Source: Desulfobacterales bacterium (lineage in GTDB: Bacteria > Desulfobacterota > Desulfobacteria > Desulfobacterales > UBA5852). From it: a DNA stretch of 64,000 bases. The DNA lies in the NCBI GenBank assembly GCA_963674755.2, contig CAXXVS010000002.1, positions 32,001 through 96,000 of the forward strand, in the 5' to 3' direction. Below, one piece after another: positions 1 through 8,696 of this stretch. Each line of letters starts with the position of its first letter. Position 1 is the first letter of the stretch. The translations under genes were made by a program, and so were the position numbers. The notes under the pieces are model-generated. The model searched no databases. It saw only the letters and a list, made by a program, of their open reading frames with translations, and had not been told where the DNA came from.

Positions 1-1
1 C

Positions 2-226
2 TTCCGCTGGGAAACCCGGCGGGCGGCCCAGCGCCATGATGTTACGGGGTGGGTGCGCAATCTGCCTGACGGACAGGTCGAGGCGCTGGTCGAGGGCCCC
101 CGCGCCTCTGTCACCGACCTCATCGACTGGTGCCGCAAAGGGCCGCCCGTGGCCCGGGTGGATAGCCTCGATATTCAGTGGGAGGATTTCGGCGGCGATT
201 TTACGTCGTTTGAAATTACATACTGA
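2..226 (+). CDS. acyP: Acylphosphatase (3' part; 5' end outside window)
   Basis: Hand translation of frame 2 (not in ORF track): FRWETRRAAQRHDVTGWVRNLPDGQVEALVEG...WCRKGPPVARV...FTSFEITY*; GWVRN.DG.VE and GPP.ARV motifs. Confidence 0.92.
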   Translation, partial: FRWETRRAAQRHDVTGWVRNLPDGQVEALVEGPRASVTDLIDWCRKGPPVARVDSLDIQWEDFGGDFTSFEITY

Positions 227-395
227 AAGTGGTTAAGGCGAACCTTAACGATCCGCCGCCCCGCTGGATGCCGGATACTGGATGCCGGTTAACCCAAAAA
301 CCATAAGTCCCGTCACTTAAGCCCACCGTTGGACCGATCCCGATAGTGTTTGTGAGATTATCGCTGTTGGATGTGTGTTTGTCAGCAGTTGCGCA

Positions 396-518
396 GACGG
401 CTTTGAAAAATGTTCAAGATACGGCGTGCAAAGGCCGAGGCGCGAGGCGTACACCGGGTACGCCGCAGTAACGAGGTCTGCCGCACAACGCCGATATTGG
501 ACATTTTACGAAGCCGTC
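396..518. mobile_element. MITE-like foldback element (GACGG...CCGTC ends)
   Basis: Imperfect terminal inverted repeats GACGGCTTTGAAAAATGTTCAA / TTGGACATTTTACGAAGCCGTC; internal GGCGTAC..GTACGCC hairpin; related copy at 46891-47040. Confidence 0.7.
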
Positions 519-1659
519 AAAACAGGGCATCCACGAACTGCCGGGGATCAAAATCTTGCAGGTCCTCGACCTGCTCGCCGACACCGATATACTTCAGGGG
601 GATCTGCAGGGTACTGCAGATGCTGACCACGATGCCGCCCTTGGCCGTACCGTCCAGCTTGGTCAGGGCCAGGGCGCTCAATTCGATGGCTTCGTCGAAG
701 AGCTTGGCCTGGGAGAGGGCGTTTTGCCCCGTGGTGGCATCCAGTACGAGCAGGGTCTCGTGGGGGGCTTCCGGGCATTTTTTGGCCAGGGAACGCTTGA
801 TCTTTTTCAACTCCTCCATCAGGTTGACTTTGGTGTGCAGGCGTCCGGCCGTGTCCACCAGAACGATGTCGACGTTGCGGGCCATGGCGGCCGAGACGGC
901 ATCGAAGGCCACCGCCGCGGGGTCGGCCTGGTCCTTGTGCTTGACGATATCGGCGCCGGCCCGTTCGGCCCAGATGCTCAGCTGCTCGATGGCCGCGGCC
1001 CGGAAGGTGTCCGAGGCCGCGATCAGGACTTTCTTGCCTTCGCGCGTGTAACGGGCGGCCAGCTTTCCGATGGTCGTGGTTTTGCCGACTCCGTTGACCC
1101 CGACGATCATGATCACCTTGGGCCGCGGCGGGGAGACCGGTTCCTCCCCGGTGGGGGCCGCATCCACGATGGCCATAATCTCTTCCTTGAGGATGGCCTT
1201 GAGATCGGCCGGGCTGGCGATCTTGGAGGTTTTGCGGGAGATGGCCTCAATCAGCTCCATGGTGGTCTGCACGCCCAGGTCGGCCGTGATCAGCAGCTCT
1301 TCGAGCTCTTCCAGCAGCTCGTCGTCGATCTTGCGTTTGCCGCTGAACAGGTCCTCGATGTCGGTGTTGAGGAAATCGCGAGTCTTGGACAGGCCGCGCC
1401 GCAGGCGCGACATGAATCCGCCCCGGGCGGGGGGTGCCTTTTCGGGTGTTGGCGCTTCCGGCGATTCCTCCTGCTCCGCCGTTTCCAGCAGGTCTTCGAT
1501 GTCCTCCGCCTCGACCGCCTCCGCCGCTGTTTCGTCGACATCGGCCGCCGCATCGTCTTCCGCGAATACCCCTTCCGGATCGAATATGTCTTCGCGTTCT
1601 TCCTCCGGGAGCGGGGCTTCCTGGCCCTTCTTTTTACGCTTCAACCATTTGAACGCCAT
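517..1659 (-). CDS. ftsY: Signal recognition particle receptor FtsY
   Basis: GVNGVGKTTTIGKLA, DTFRAAA, DTAGR, TKLDGTAKGG motifs; acidic N-terminal domain; downstream of smc. Confidence 0.98.
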   Translation of the reverse strand: MAFKWLKRKKKGQEAPLPEEEREDIFDPEGVFAEDDAAADVDETAAEAVEAEDIEDLLETAEQEESPEAPTPEKAPPARGGFMSRLRRGLSKTRDFLNTDIEDLFSGKRKIDDELLEELEELLITADLGVQTTMELIEAISRKTSKIASPADLKAILKEEIMAIVDAAPTGEEPVSPPRPKVIMIVGVNGVGKTTTIGKLAARYTREGKKVLIAASDTFRAAAIEQLSIWAERAGADIVKHKDQADPAAVAFDAVSAAMARNVDIVLVDTAGRLHTKVNLMEELKKIKRSLAKKCPEAPHETLLVLDATTGQNALSQAKLFDEAIELSALALTKLDGTAKGGIVVSICSTLQIPLKYIGVGEQVEDLQDFDPRQFVDALF

Positions 1660-1749
1660 GAATCATGGTCTCCTGTTAAACCATCAACCGCCAAAGGCGT
1701 GAACTCGCCGTACGGTGAAAAGGGTGGGTCCTCTTAAGATGATTCCGGG

Positions 1750-1800
1750 AAAAATGCAAGGGGAGCCGAAGGCAGTGCCGCCGGCTCCCCTTGCATTTTT
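1750..1800. terminator. Inverted repeat (possible terminator or regulatory hairpin) between smc and ftsY
   Basis: AAAAATGCAAGGGAGCCG ... CGGCTCCCCTTGCATTTTT. Confidence 0.5.
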
Positions 1801-1843
1801 CAATAAAAATAACAAAGCCTTCCGAAAAGCAGAAAAACGCCGT

Positions 1844-2129
1844 GGCCGCCCTATAAATGAGGATTTTCATTCGAGATCAAGGCGAACGTAAGTTTGGAAC
1901 CGCAGGCAACCATCGGTATGTCGAGGACGCCAACGCACGTTCAACGCCGAGCTATGGCCAAAAGACCATTTTCAGCAGGTTGCTGGAAGCCATTTCACGA
2001 TGAGGATTTTCGTTCGAGATCAAGGCGAGGCCGAGTCTCAAACCGCAGGCAACCTCCGGGTTGTCGAGGATGTGAGACGAGGCATCAACGCCGATATCGG
2101 GCGAAAAGACCATCTTGAGATGGCTTCTA
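1844..2129. repeat. Two tandem diverged copies (~140 bp) of a foldback/MITE-like element
   Basis: Both copies have ATGAGGATTTTC.TTCGAGATCAAGGCG..AACCGCAGGCAACC..GTCGAGGA..CAACGCCGA..AAAAGACCAT; second copy bounded by GAAGCCAT/ATGGCTTC. Confidence 0.8.
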
Positions 2130-5100
2130 AGCGGCGTCCCGTGCCTGCTCCCGCTCCAGATTGACCGACACCACCTTGGAGATGCCCTTATGTTCCATGG
2201 TGATGCCGAACAGGGTGTCGGCAAATTCCATGGTGTTCTTGTTGTGGGTGATGACGATGATCTGGGACTTGGCGCCGATGATCTTGAGCAGCTCGTTGAA
2301 GCGGTGGACATTGGCGTCGTCCAGGGGCGCATCGATCTCGTCCAGCAGGCAGAAGGCGGTCGGCTTGATCAGGAAAATCGCGAAGATGAAAGCAATGGCC
2401 GAAAGCGCTTTTTCCCCGCCGGAGAGCAGGCTCATGCGGGTGACCTTTTTCCCGGGCGGATGCACCATGAACTCCACGCCCGATTCCAGCGGTTCGTTGG
2501 GATCGGCCAGGATCAGCTCGGCTGTTCCACCGTCGAAGAGTTTGGGGAAAACTTCTCCCAGCTTTTCGTTGACCAGCGCCAGGGTTTCCAGAAAACGCTC
2601 CTGGGTGAATTTGTTGATGCGCCGGATCACAGTCTGAAGGTCTTCGATGGCTTGGTTCAGGTCTTCCTGCTGCTCGCAGAGAAAATCATAGCGGGTCTTG
2701 TATTGCTCGTATTCCTTGATGGCGCCCATGTTGACATCCTGGATCTGGCCCAGTTTCTGGCGGCAACGCTCGAGTTCCTGCTCCGCCTCTTCGATGGTGG
2801 GATCGAAGTCTTCTTCCAGGTTGGCCTGCAGTTCGGCGCGGAAGGTAGCGATCTCGCCATGATAGCGCTCGTTGAGCCGGCTGACGATGTGATCGCGTTT
2901 CATGCGCTGCTGGGAGACATCCACTTCGAGTAGGCGCAGTTTCTCATTGCTTTGCTCCCTCTGGGTCTGGATCCGGGCAATGGCGTCATCGCTGGTCTGC
3001 AACTGGCGGTCGATGGCCTGATAGAGGGTTTCATTGGATTCCAGATCCTGGGTGAGCTTTTCCAGTTCGCCATAGCGCTGGGCCAGGCCGGCTTCCAGGG
3101 TCAGGACACGTTGGGAGGCTTCCCGGTGGCGGTCGCGCTTGGTCTGAATTTCGTTTTTTAAGCTTTCAAAGCGTTGCAGCCCGTCGGCCTGGAATTCTTT
3201 CAGGCGGCGCAGGCTGTTGGCATTGTTCTCCATCTTGGCCTGCAAAGCGGTCAGCCGCAAACGGATGTCCATTTCGCGTTGCTGAAAGACCGCCATTTCC
3301 CGGGTGACCGCCTCCAGTTCGGCTCCCATGGCCGCCACTTGCTGCTGGGCCTGTTCGATCTCAGCGGCGATGTCGCGCAGGGTGGCGTGGTAGCCTTCGA
3401 TCTCCTGGCCGATATCGCTTTCCTCGCCCTGCAGGCGTTCCTGCTCCAATTGCACGATGTCATGGTGGCGCTGGGCGGCTTTCACGTCTTCCGCCGCCTG
3501 GACGCTTTGCTGGCGGGCCTGGATTTCCTCCTCGACGGTCTGATGCTTTTCCGTCAATAGGAGTTGGAGGTCGGTTTCCAGGGTTTTGACCTCGGATTCC
3601 ATGGCCGTCTGGATTTCCCGGCTCCCGGCGATCTGCTCGTTGAGCTGCAGGATCTGGGCGGCCAGATCGCGAATTTCCTGCTTCTGGGCCAGGATGCCGG
3701 CGGTGGTGTCGCCGCCGCCGCCCACGAAGGCCCCCTGACTGGTCACGACTTCGCCCTGGCGCGTGACAATGGTCTGGAACACGCCGTTGCGGTTGAAACG
3801 GGCGGCGGCCGCCGGCAGGTCCTCCACCACGGCCACATGGCGGAAAAGGGCTTCGGCGATCGACCGGTAGCCGTCCTCCACACGTACGTGGTTCAGCAGG
3901 CAAACCTCCGGCGGGGGCAGTTCGGCCGGATCTTTGGCCAGGGGGCGGAAGGTGTCCAGCGGCACGAACCCGCTGCGCCCGGAGGATTGGGCGCTTAGAT
4001 AGTCGATGGCCTCTCGGGCGTGGCCCTGGTCGTCCACCAGGATATACTGCAGGGATTCCCCCAGGGCGGCCTCCACAGCCCCTTCGTAGCCGGGTTCGGC
4101 GGCAATGACATCGGCCACCAGACCGCGGATGCCGTTGCGGGAGCGCTCTTCGGGAGCGCTGCGTTGCATGATGGCCCGCACGCCGTCGCGGTACCACTCG
4201 AAATTGTCCTCCATTTTCTTCAGGGTCGCATGCCGTGAGCGCAGCTGGTTGCGTTCCAGATCAAGGGCCTGGCCCTGTTTGATCTGCTCCGCCAACCTGC
4301 GGCCCTTGGTTTCCAAGCGCTGTCGGGCTTCGCCGATCTGGCGTTCGAGGACCCGCAGGGCTTCCTGCTTTTCGGTCAGCCGGGACTGAGCGCGGGTTTC
4401 GGCACTGCGGGCTGTGGTCAGCGCCCGGGCCGCCAGGACCGCTTCCTCGTCGGTCTTCTTGAGGCGCCGTTGCAGGCTTTCCCGGTTGTTCTGGGCAGCC
4501 TGGTGGATATTGCGGTAACGGGCCTCCTGGCCCACGAGATCGGTCAGACGGGCGCGTTGGGTGTCCAGGGCGGTCTTCAGCGTCTCGGACTTCGCGGCAA
4601 TTTCAGCGGAAGTGCGGCGCTCGGATTCGATTTCCCGCCGAACGGCCGCCACCTCCTGCTCCAGAGTCTGTTGCTGGGCTTCCGAAGCGGTGATTTCGTC
4701 CACCATGCGGGTGTTCTTGGCTTCCAGGTCGTCGCCGGCCTGCTGCAAGGCGGTGATCTCCCCATCCAAACGCTTGATTTCCCCGCGGGTATGCTGAAGA
4801 TCGTTCTCGGATTTGTCCAGGGCACGCTGCAGTTCGTGTTGCCGGGATTTCTGGTTGGCGATTTCCTGGTTCTTCTGCCAGCGCTGCAGTTTGATGTCTT
4901 CCACGGCGGCATCGAGCTTCGTGATCTCGGAGACATGGCTCAGGTTGGCGTCTTTAAGCTCCTGAAGCAGACGGCTGGAGTCCTCGAGCTGCCGGGTGTA
5001 ACGGTCGTGGTAGTGCAGGCCGATGAAGATGTCGAAGGTGCGCGTGCGCTCCTGGTAGGTCTTGTAGAGCTCCGCCTTGCGGGCCTGGCGCTTCAGGCTG

Positions 5101-5717
5101 GCCATCTGGCGTTTGATTTCCCCTACGATGTCCATGACCCGGTAGAGGTTGCGGCGGGTGGCCTCGATTTTGCGCATGGTCTCCACGCGGCGCTGCTTGA
5201 AGCGGGTCACCCCGGCGGCTTCCTCGATGAAATGCCGCCGCTCGTCCGGTCCGGCGTCGGTGATGGCGCCGATGTTGCCCTGCTGGATGACGGCAAAGGA
5301 CTTGGACCCCAGGCCGCTGCCCAGGAAGAGGTCGTGGATATCCTTGAGCCGGCAGGGGCGTTTGTTGAGAAAATAGCCGCTTTCCCCCGAGCGGTAGAGC
5401 CGCCGGGTGATCATGATTTCGGCATAGTCCCGCAACTCGATCGGCACGCTGCCGTTGTCATTGACCAGGGTGAGGGCCACTTCGGCCATGTTGAGGGGCG
5501 GTTTGCCGCTGGCCCCGGCGAAAATGATGTCTTCCATGGACTTGCCGCGCAGGGTCTTTACACTTTGCTCCCCCATCACCCAGCGCAGAGCGTCGATGAT
5601 GTTGCTCTTGCCGCACCCGTTGGGGCCCACCACGGCCGAAATGCCGGGCGGAAACTGGATAGACGCTTTATCGAGAAAGGATTTGAATCCCAAAATTTCC
5701 AGCTTTTTGAGTTTCAT
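2127..5717 (-). CDS. smc: Chromosome segregation protein SMC
   Basis: 1196 aa; GPNGCGKSN Walker A, coiled coils, hinge, LSGGEK signature, LLDEIDAPLD. Confidence 0.98.
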   Translation of the reverse strand: MKLKKLEILGFKSFLDKASIQFPPGISAVVGPNGCGKSNIIDALRWVMGEQSVKTLRGKSMEDIIFAGASGKPPLNMAEVALTLVNDNGSVPIELRDYAEIMITRRLYRSGESGYFLNKRPCRLKDIHDLFLGSGLGSKSFAVIQQGNIGAITDAGPDERRHFIEEAAGVTRFKQRRVETMRKIEATRRNLYRVMDIVGEIKRQMASLKRQARKAELYKTYQERTRTFDIFIGLHYHDRYTRQLEDSSRLLQELKDANLSHVSEITKLDAAVEDIKLQRWQKNQEIANQKSRQHELQRALDKSENDLQHTRGEIKRLDGEITALQQAGDDLEAKNTRMVDEITASEAQQQTLEQEVAAVRREIESERRTSAEIAAKSETLKTALDTQRARLTDLVGQEARYRNIHQAAQNNRESLQRRLKKTDEEAVLAARALTTARSAETRAQSRLTEKQEALRVLERQIGEARQRLETKGRRLAEQIKQGQALDLERNQLRSRHATLKKMEDNFEWYRDGVRAIMQRSAPEERSRNGIRGLVADVIAAEPGYEGAVEAALGESLQYILVDDQGHAREAIDYLSAQSSGRSGFVPLDTFRPLAKDPAELPPPEVCLLNHVRVEDGYRSIAEALFRHVAVVEDLPAAAARFNRNGVFQTIVTRQGEVVTSQGAFVGGGGDTTAGILAQKQEIRDLAAQILQLNEQIAGSREIQTAMESEVKTLETDLQLLLTEKHQTVEEEIQARQQSVQAAEDVKAAQRHHDIVQLEQERLQGEESDIGQEIEGYHATLRDIAAEIEQAQQQVAAMGAELEAVTREMAVFQQREMDIRLRLTALQAKMENNANSLRRLKEFQADGLQRFESLKNEIQTKRDRHREASQRVLTLEAGLAQRYGELEKLTQDLESNETLYQAIDRQLQTSDDAIARIQTQREQSNEKLRLLEVDVSQQRMKRDHIVSRLNERYHGEIATFRAELQANLEEDFDPTIEEAEQELERCRQKLGQIQDVNMGAIKEYEQYKTRYDFLCEQQEDLNQAIEDLQTVIRRINKFTQERFLETLALVNEKLGEVFPKLFDGGTAELILADPNEPLESGVEFMVHPPGKKVTRMSLLSGGEKALSAIAFIFAIFLIKPTAFCLLDEIDAPLDDANVHRFNELLKIIGAKSQIIVITHNKNTMEFADTLFGITMEHKGISKVVSVNLEREQARDAA

Positions 5718-5950
5718 GAAACCGATATCTCCTGTTAAAACCGCCGGTTCATCCGGCAGGGATGCGCTTCCGATTGATAATCACAGGGAAATGAATGCAT
5801 CAGGACCGCGCGAAATGGGCAACCGATCGGGGGCGGGGTCAGACGATCATAAGGTCGCATGGCATTGGCCGTTGGCGCCCGCGGGGTTCGTCAGCCTGCC
5901 CGATCAACCGTGACATTCCTAACAAAAATCAGGCCCTATGTAAAGAAAAA

Positions 5951-5998
5951 ACACTATGGAGGGTATAATAAGCTGTTGGTCCCCACAAGATCTGGTGT
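5951..5998. promoter_or_regulatory. Candidate tandem NrdR boxes upstream of smc
   Basis: CCACAAGATCTGGTGT (5983-5998) fits consensus acaCwAtATaTwGtgt; weaker ACACTATGGAGGGTAT 32 bp away (5951-5966). Confidence 0.5.
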
Positions 5999-6035
5999 TG
6001 AAGCGGCCCTGCAGAACGGCTGCGGTTTTGAGGCA

Positions 6036-6250
6036 TTAAGTGTTTAAGTTTTAAGTGATTAAGTGGTTAAGGGAAGGCAGGTGGTCAGTTGCTGAGCTGT
6101 TGAGCCCATGAGCTTCTAACGAAAATGGTTTAGCGGTTTAAGGTTTTAACGATTTAAAATTTAAGGGAACAACGAGGATCACCTGCATCTAAACAACGGT
6201 TTTTTTTAAACACTTAAACTTAACCCCTTAACCACTTTCTCTAACCCCTC
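6036..6250. repeat. TTAAGTG-type microrepeat arms in inverted orientation enclosing a partial copy of the ~130-bp intergenic repeat
   Basis: ttaagtgtttaagttttaagtgattaagtggttaagg ... aaacacttaaacttaaccccttaaccacttt; internal aagggaacaacgaggatcacctgcatctaa. Confidence 0.75.
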
Positions 6251-6424
6251 AAATCGCTATCGGGAACGAATTCATTCACCTGTTATCTCAAGGCCACATG
6301 TCATAAAGCACCCCGGTATTTATTGACATTCCTCCAGGCTTGTGGTCTAAAAAATCGGTATAAAGCATCCTATGTTCGGGCTTCCTACATATTCCGTTTC
6401 ACATCCTGCAGAGAGAAAATCGCG

Positions 6425-7213
6425 ATGTTGAGATCCCTTCGTATGCAAAAATCGACGGTGGCCGCCGCCATGACGAGCATCCTTTTTTTCATCGCCACAC
6501 AGGCCCTGGGGGCGATGGGGACGGGGAGGATCCTGCCCAGCGGTCAGGTCAAGGTCTATCGCGGCGATCAACTGGTCTCCGTGTTGAGCGAAGAAGCGCC
6601 TCTGCCGGAAGGGGTTTTGTTGGCTCCCGAGGGGCAGTGCGGTATGCGCCTGGACAACCTGTTTCTCGTGGCGGATGACGGCAGCCAGTTTTCGATTGCC
6701 GGGAGCCGGGCCGGGCGCGAACTCGCGGTTCGCCAGGGGACCCTTTATTTTGCCATGTCGGGCACCACGGGGCCGCTGGCCTTTCATACGCCGGACGGGG
6801 TGGTGACCACCCTGCGCATGATCCTGAAGGCGTCCACCGCGGGTGGGTTGCTGAAAGGCTATGTCGACGCCGCTCCGGACGGCACCCGTATCGGTGTCCT
6901 GGAAGGGGGCACACTGGTCGTCATGACCCCCGAAGGGGAGCAGACGATCGAATCCGGACGCCAGATTACCTTGGCCCAGGCCAACCTGTTCGACGAAGCG
7001 CCGGCTGAAGAGGGTGCCGAGGCCGGGAAGGGGAACCAGGAGAAAGAGCAAAAAGGGAACACGGACGATGACGATGAAATCCCGGCGGCCTATTTCTGGG
7101 GGGGCGGTGGGTTGGCCGCCCTGGCAGGCATCGGCCTTGCGGCGGGCAGCGGCGGCGGGGGCGGCGGTGGTGGCGGCGCGTTTATCCCGCCGGCCAGTCC
7201 TTCCACCCCGTGA
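6425..7213 (+). CDS. Exported hypothetical protein, FecR-like beta domain with C-terminal hydrophobic/Gly-rich tail
   Basis: Signal-peptide-like N-terminus (start 6425 or 6443); TRIGVLEGG.LVV..P.GEQTIESGRQIT resembles FecR domain end; tail GGGLAALAGIGLAAGSGGGGGGGGAFIPPASPSTP. Confidence 0.6.
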   Translation: MLRSLRMQKSTVAAAMTSILFFIATQALGAMGTGRILPSGQVKVYRGDQLVSVLSEEAPLPEGVLLAPEGQCGMRLDNLFLVADDGSQFSIAGSRAGRELAVRQGTLYFAMSGTTGPLAFHTPDGVVTTLRMILKASTAGGLLKGYVDAAPDGTRIGVLEGGTLVVMTPEGEQTIESGRQITLAQANLFDEAPAEEGAEAGKGNQEKEQKGNTDDDDEIPAAYFWGGGGLAALAGIGLAAGSGGGGGGGGGAFIPPASPSTP

Positions 7214-7239
7214 CCTGGGTGGAACTCTCTCCAAAACAC

Positions 7240-7275
7240 AACGGCGGCTTGCAATCCTTTGCAGGCCGCCGTTTT
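7240..7275 (+). terminator. Intrinsic terminator-like hairpin
   Basis: AACGGCGGCTTGCAA-TCCT-TTGCAGGCCGCCGTTTT. Confidence 0.65.
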
Positions 7276-7295
7276 AATGTAATCGGACAATAACG

Positions 7296-8348
7296 GTGAT
7301 GCGTAACGCAAATCGAAATCATGCCGGCTGGCCGGCCTTATACTCCTGGACCTCGATCCTGCTGCTATTCGTATTGATGGGGGGGCTGGGGGGGTGTCTC
7401 AACCCCAAGGAAGAAAAGCTCAACATGGCCATGGCCGAAAGCCATGTCATGCGGACCCCGGAGGCGCGCGACGCCGAGGACTTCAACCGCGAACTGCTGG
7501 CCGGAGCCCAGATCAGCACCGATCCCGGCGATCTGCTGCTGGGAACGGGCGACCTGCTGCAGGTGGAGGTGTTCGAGGCCAAGGAGCTGGCGGCCAAGGT
7601 GCGGATCAGCTCGCGGGGCTTCATCACCCTGCCGCTCATCGGACCGGTGGAGGTCAAAGGGCTCAGCGCCCGGGAGGCCGAACTGCGCATCGAAGCGCTC
7701 TACCGGGAGAAGTACATCAAGGAGCCCCACGTGTCGGTCTTCGTGGAGGAGCACTACAGCCAGCGGGTGACCCTGGTGGGCGAACTTAAAAGTCCGGGCA
7801 CCTACGACTATCCCCGCAAGATGCGGCTGCTGGACGTGCTCTCCCTGGCGGGCGGGCTTACGGAGAAGGCCGGCCGCACGGCCCAGGTGCGCCGCATGGG
7901 CGAAAACCAGGATGCCGCCAACACGATTATCGTGGATTTGGACAGTATGCTGCAACAGGGCCACAGCGAGCTCAATATCGAGATCAACGGGGGCGACATC
8001 ATCTTCGTGCCGGCCGCCGGCAACTTTTTCATCAGCGGCGCGGTGGTACGTCCGGGCACCTATCCCATCAAGGACGAGCTTTTCCTGTTGGAGGCCATTT
8101 CCACGGCCGGCGGTTTCAAAGGCTATGCGGATCCCGACGATATCGTCCTGGTCCGCCACAACAAGGAGGGCGAACGCCAGGTCATGGAACTGGACCTGGA
8201 CGACCCCGCGATCCAGCGGATGGTGGTCCAGGACCGGGACGTGATCATCGCCAAGTCCAGCGCCTGGGGCAAGTTCGTCACCGGTTTCGGGGTCAGCATC
8301 GGCTTCCCGGGGGTGGGGAGCGTGGGGTACACGGATCCCGAGCGATAG
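7296..8348 (+). CDS. wza: Polysaccharide export lipoprotein (Wza/OPX family, SLBB domains)
   Basis: LGGC lipobox; LGTGDLLQVEVF, G.ITLPLIGPV.V.GLS, PHVSVFV, V.LVGE...PG.Y motifs. Confidence 0.92.
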   Translation: MMRNANRNHAGWPALYSWTSILLLFVLMGGLGGCLNPKEEKLNMAMAESHVMRTPEARDAEDFNRELLAGAQISTDPGDLLLGTGDLLQVEVFEAKELAAKVRISSRGFITLPLIGPVEVKGLSAREAELRIEALYREKYIKEPHVSVFVEEHYSQRVTLVGELKSPGTYDYPRKMRLLDVLSLAGGLTEKAGRTAQVRRMGENQDAANTIIVDLDSMLQQGHSELNIEINGGDIIFVPAAGNFFISGAVVRPGTYPIKDELFLLEAISTAGGFKGYADPDDIVLVRHNKEGERQVMELDLDDPAIQRMVVQDRDVIIAKSSAWGKFVTGFGVSIGFPGVGSVGYTDPER

Positions 8349-8369
8349 TCACAGCTGACCGCAAAACGC

Positions 8370-8397
8370 AAAAAACCGCCCGGTGGGGCGGTTTTTT
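8370..8397. terminator. Bidirectional intrinsic terminator
   Basis: AAAAAACCGCCC-GGTG-GGGCGGTTTTTT between convergent genes. Confidence 0.8.
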
Positions 8398-8696
8398 ATT
8401 GCCTCGATCGGCAACGCAACAGCAGTCCACAAGCCGCTAAGCCGCTAAGCTGTTGAGCAACGACAGGGGCGGTGGGCTAACGGAACGGAAATAATAAAAA
8501 CAAGTTGTTGGTTATTCGTTATGAGGAAAGCCGGTAGAGCGGGGAATAGATTATCCGTTAATCGTCATAAGGAACTGCGAGAAATCGAGTAAACACCAAT
8601 TACCAATAACCGATAACGAATAACGAACTTTCTTCATTTCCGACCCCCGGTGTCACCAACGGCTTACCAGCTCAACAGCCAGCAGTTGAATTTCCC

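Noticed and set aside
1810..1850. c-di-GMP-I riboswitch-like CAAAGCC..GAAA segment
   Set aside because: Lacks the GACGCAAA motif and second stem
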